This document shows positions 60,960 through 64,000 of a stretch of DNA of 64,000 bases, in pieces. Under the pieces are notes generated by a model. It saw only the letters and a list, made by a program, of their open reading frames with translations, had not been told where the DNA came from and did not search any database. Source of the DNA: Paraspadella gotoi (Eukaryota; Animalia; Chaetognatha); the NCBI GenBank assembly GCA_051294375.1, contig CM119265.1, positions 7,512,629 through 7,576,628 on the forward strand, read 5' to 3'. The position numbers and the translations under genes were made by a program. The stretch's first letter is position 1, and every line of letters starts with the position of its first letter.

Positions 60960-62175
60960 GGTGAGGCGATTTTCGGGAATCGGATTGCGTGAACTGGTGA
61001 GCGTCGAGTGAAGATTAATAAAGTTTGTTAGGGTGAATGAAAATCGATGAAAGTTAGTGAAACAACTAGAGTGATGGAAATATTTCGTTGTGGAGTTGTA
61101 CATTGAAGGTGGTAGATCGTTACAGACGGTTGGATGAGTGAGTTAAGACTCTTGGAGAGGAAATGATTTCTGGCTTTGAGAAATTCGTGGGAACGAGAGT
61201 GAGTTTTCTTAAACTAAACACAGAAAAAACATTTATTTTTCGGGAAAAAAAGTAACCTGACGTCTGGCTGTCGGGCAGTCGGCCTATACGTAGAGCAGTT
61301 TAAACGTCTGTAGGTCAGTCTGTCTGCCCGGCCATTGAAACTCTCCGCCCGACAATTCTCTTTCTTCTTAGGCACAATGTTGTCCGTTCGCGGACCGACG
61401 AGCGCCCTCTATAGAATCGAGACGTTCCCCAGGATGTGTTTATTTTTTCTCCACCCGTATACGAGATAGGCGGACGGAGGAAGGAGCAGGGCGCACGGCC
61501 AGTCAATTTGGTGAGGCCGATTTTCCAGGGAATCGGAATTGCGTGAAAAACTGCGTGAAGACGAATCGGAATAGTGAGATTTAAATCAAAAGTTTCGTAT
61601 AGCGGGAAATTGAAAAAATCGATTGAAAGTTACGTGAAACAACCTTAGTAGTGCAATGGGAAATATTTCAGATTGAGGAGCTGTACATTGAACGGTAGTC
61701 CTATAGATCCGCTTACAAAGAGTAGTCATTCGAAGTGAAGTTAAGACTCTTGGAGAGGAAATGCCATTTCTTGGCTTTTTTGACAGAAACTATTCGTACG
61801 AGGGAACCGAGAGTGAAGTTTTTCCAGTACAACTAAAACACCAAGAAAAAAAACATTTATTTCGGGAAAAAAAGCTAAAGAACCTCGACGTTGGCTGATC
61901 GGGCGCCAGTGGCCATATTACGGATTAGAGCAGTTTTCTTTCTTCTTTAACACGTCCTGTAAGGTCAGTCTGTCTTGCCCGGCCATTGAAACTTCCGCCC
62001 GACAATTTCTTCTTATCTTCTTAGCAAAAATGTCGGTCACGTTTCGCCGGAACCGACCGGACCAGCCCCTCTAATAGAATCCCAGAACCGCTTTCCAAGT
62101 GAAGCGTGTGTTTTATTTTTCCCTCCCACCCGTTATACGAGAATTTAGGCGACGGCAGGGAAGGGCAAGCAGGGC
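60960..62175 (+). repeat. Noisy direct duplication (60960-61492 vs 61510-62175)
   Basis: Shared anchors gtgaggc(c)gattttc, gttaagactcttggagaggaaatg and gcccggccattgaaact. The second copy is insertion-rich. Confidence 0.85.
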
Positions 62176-63172
62176 TTAACCTGGGGACTGCCCTTTTTAA
62201 AAAAAAATATAACATGTGGTGTACGCGGATAGCAGGGCGGACGAGGGAAGGGAGCCAAGGGCGTTTTAAACCCTTGGAGCGCCCTTTTTTTCAAAATATA
62301 ACATATGTCGTACGAGACTAGGCCGGACGGAAGGAAGGAGCAGGGGCTTAACCTTGGAGGCCTTTTCAAAATATAACATTGGTGTACAGAATGGCGGACG
62401 AGGAAAGGAGCAGGGCGTTAACCTGGAGGCCCTTTTTTTCAAAATAATAACATGTGTGTACGAGATAGCGGACCGGAGGCAAGTAGAAGGAGCAGGCGGT
62501 TAACCTGGAGGCCCTTTTTCAAAATATAACATTGTGCTACGAAGATAAGGCGGACGGAGGAAGCAGGCAGCAGGCAGTTAACCTTTGGAGGCCTCTTTTT
62601 TTCAAAACTATAAACATTGTGCTACGAGATAGGCGCGGACGGAAAGGAAGAGAGCCATGGGCGTTAAACACTGGAGGCCTCGCTTTTTTCAACAAATATA
62701 ACATCATTGTGTCTGACGGGATAGTGCGGGACGGCAGGATATGCCACCTCAGAAAGCGCGGCAAGTGGGTAAACCTGGAGGCACCTTTTTCTCAAACTAT
62801 ACCACCATGTGCTACGAGATAGGCGACGGAAGGACAGGAGCAGGGCGTTAACCTGGAGGCCCTATTTTTCAAAACTATAAGCCATTGTGACGAGAATAGA
62901 GCGGACGCGGACGGAAGGAGACAGGCATGCTTAACCTTGGAGCCCTTTTTTCAAAAATATAACATTTGCTGTACGAGATTTATGGAGCGGACGGCAGGAC
63001 AAAGGAGAGCTTTTAACCTGGAGGCCCTTCCCTTTTTCATTCAAAATTAACATTGTATGCTACCGAGATAGGGCGGACGGAGGAAGGAGGCAGGGCCGCG
63101 GTCTAACCTANNNNNNNNNNNNNNNNNNNNNNNNNTTAACCTGGAGGCCCTTTTTCAAAATATAACATTGTG
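62135..63172 (+). repeat. Tandem array of a ~70 bp unit, at least 12 noisy copies, interrupted by a 25-N gap
   Basis: Consensus approximately ttaacctggaggccctttttcaaaatataacattgtgtacgagataggcggacggaggaaggagcagggcg. Confidence 0.9.
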
Positions 63173-63363
63173 CGGATGTAATTGATGAGAGGAGATGAGA
63201 TAAAGATTTATCGTTACAAGAGCATCATCCTTATATCGTCGTCGACTTCGTTTCTTCATCACTTTCATCATTAAAGTCATTCCTTTTTTTATTTTTTAAC
63301 TCAAAGAAATTCACATCCTCGAACCGACGAAATTGTTTCGAAAGCTCAACCTGCGTTCAAGCT

Positions 63364-63395
<32 letters not shown>

Positions 63396-63472
63396 TTTCG
63401 ACTTTCTCTTTCCCTCGACGTTGTTTATCCCCGGATCACCGGATATTGCGAAGGCGGTAGTATCGCCGTCAA

Positions 63473-63482
<10 letters not shown>

Positions 63483-63553
<71 letters not shown>
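63483..63553. repeat. (GCC)n trinucleotide tract, about 24 units
   Basis: Uninterrupted gccgccgcc run. Confidence 0.95.
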
Positions 63554-63554
<1 letters not shown>

Positions 63555-64000
63555 TGCTTCAGCGCCGGCTGAAGGGAACGGAATCGCGTGCAGAGATTAA
63601 ATCGGCAATAACGCGTCGGGCCTCACGTGAGACAATCGTTGGTGACGGAGCTGTGAAATTGTGAATCGAAGAAAAGAAAAGGGAAATCGTAGTTCCTCGG
63701 TTGGGAAGAGGTGATTATCTTCGCAGCGACGGATAAAGAGGGGGGGGCGGTGGAGGGGGGGGTGGAAGAGAGACCCGTGACGCAGATTACCGTCGTTAGG
63801 CAACCGAGTTTGATTTCGTCGAACCAGATAAACCTTTTTTTAAGGGTTATGTTAACCCAATATGTTATAATTTTTAATTTTCATATTTCTGTTGACTATT
63901 GTCGTGGGCTGATTTTTGATTGTTTTCCTCATCAACTGAAAAAAAGAAAGAAAACGAGCAAGTTCGTCGGTTTAATATATGATTAAAATTTAATTGTACG

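Noticed and set aside
62135-63172. CRISPR-like repeat/spacer appearance
   Set aside because: The whole unit repeats, there are no unique spacers and no cas genes, and the context is eukaryotic.

Overview
A microsatellite-saturated, gap-containing eukaryotic scaffold, probably from an invertebrate animal; it shows no CpG depletion and the species cannot be named from the sequence. Almost all ORF-track entries are translations of simple repeats. One gene is firmly identifiable: the first coding exon of a CELF3-6/bruno-like (CELF4-like, UNC-75/bru3 clade) RNA-binding protein at 49405-50107 (+). It has a 186-aa low-complexity N-terminal extension, and exon 2 is not visible in the remaining 13.9 kb. 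Several other exon-like, frameshift-damaged segments are plausible but unidentified. About 20 kb (26456-46833) is built from roughly 6 kb of unique sequence plus a 2.1 kb island X, arranged A-S-A' / gap / B'-S-B / X / B' / A-S'-B. Both large palindromes share the same ~175 bp loop S with reciprocal breakpoints, which points to a real micro-inversion beside an ETS-CRE/YY1 promoter-like element. The palindromes themselves, the indel-ridden direct duplications and the 25-N gaps look like long-read gap-filling or amplification artefacts. I found no rRNA, tRNA, CRISPR array or recognisable transposase, and I cannot support a claim of a new biological system beyond these testable hypotheses.
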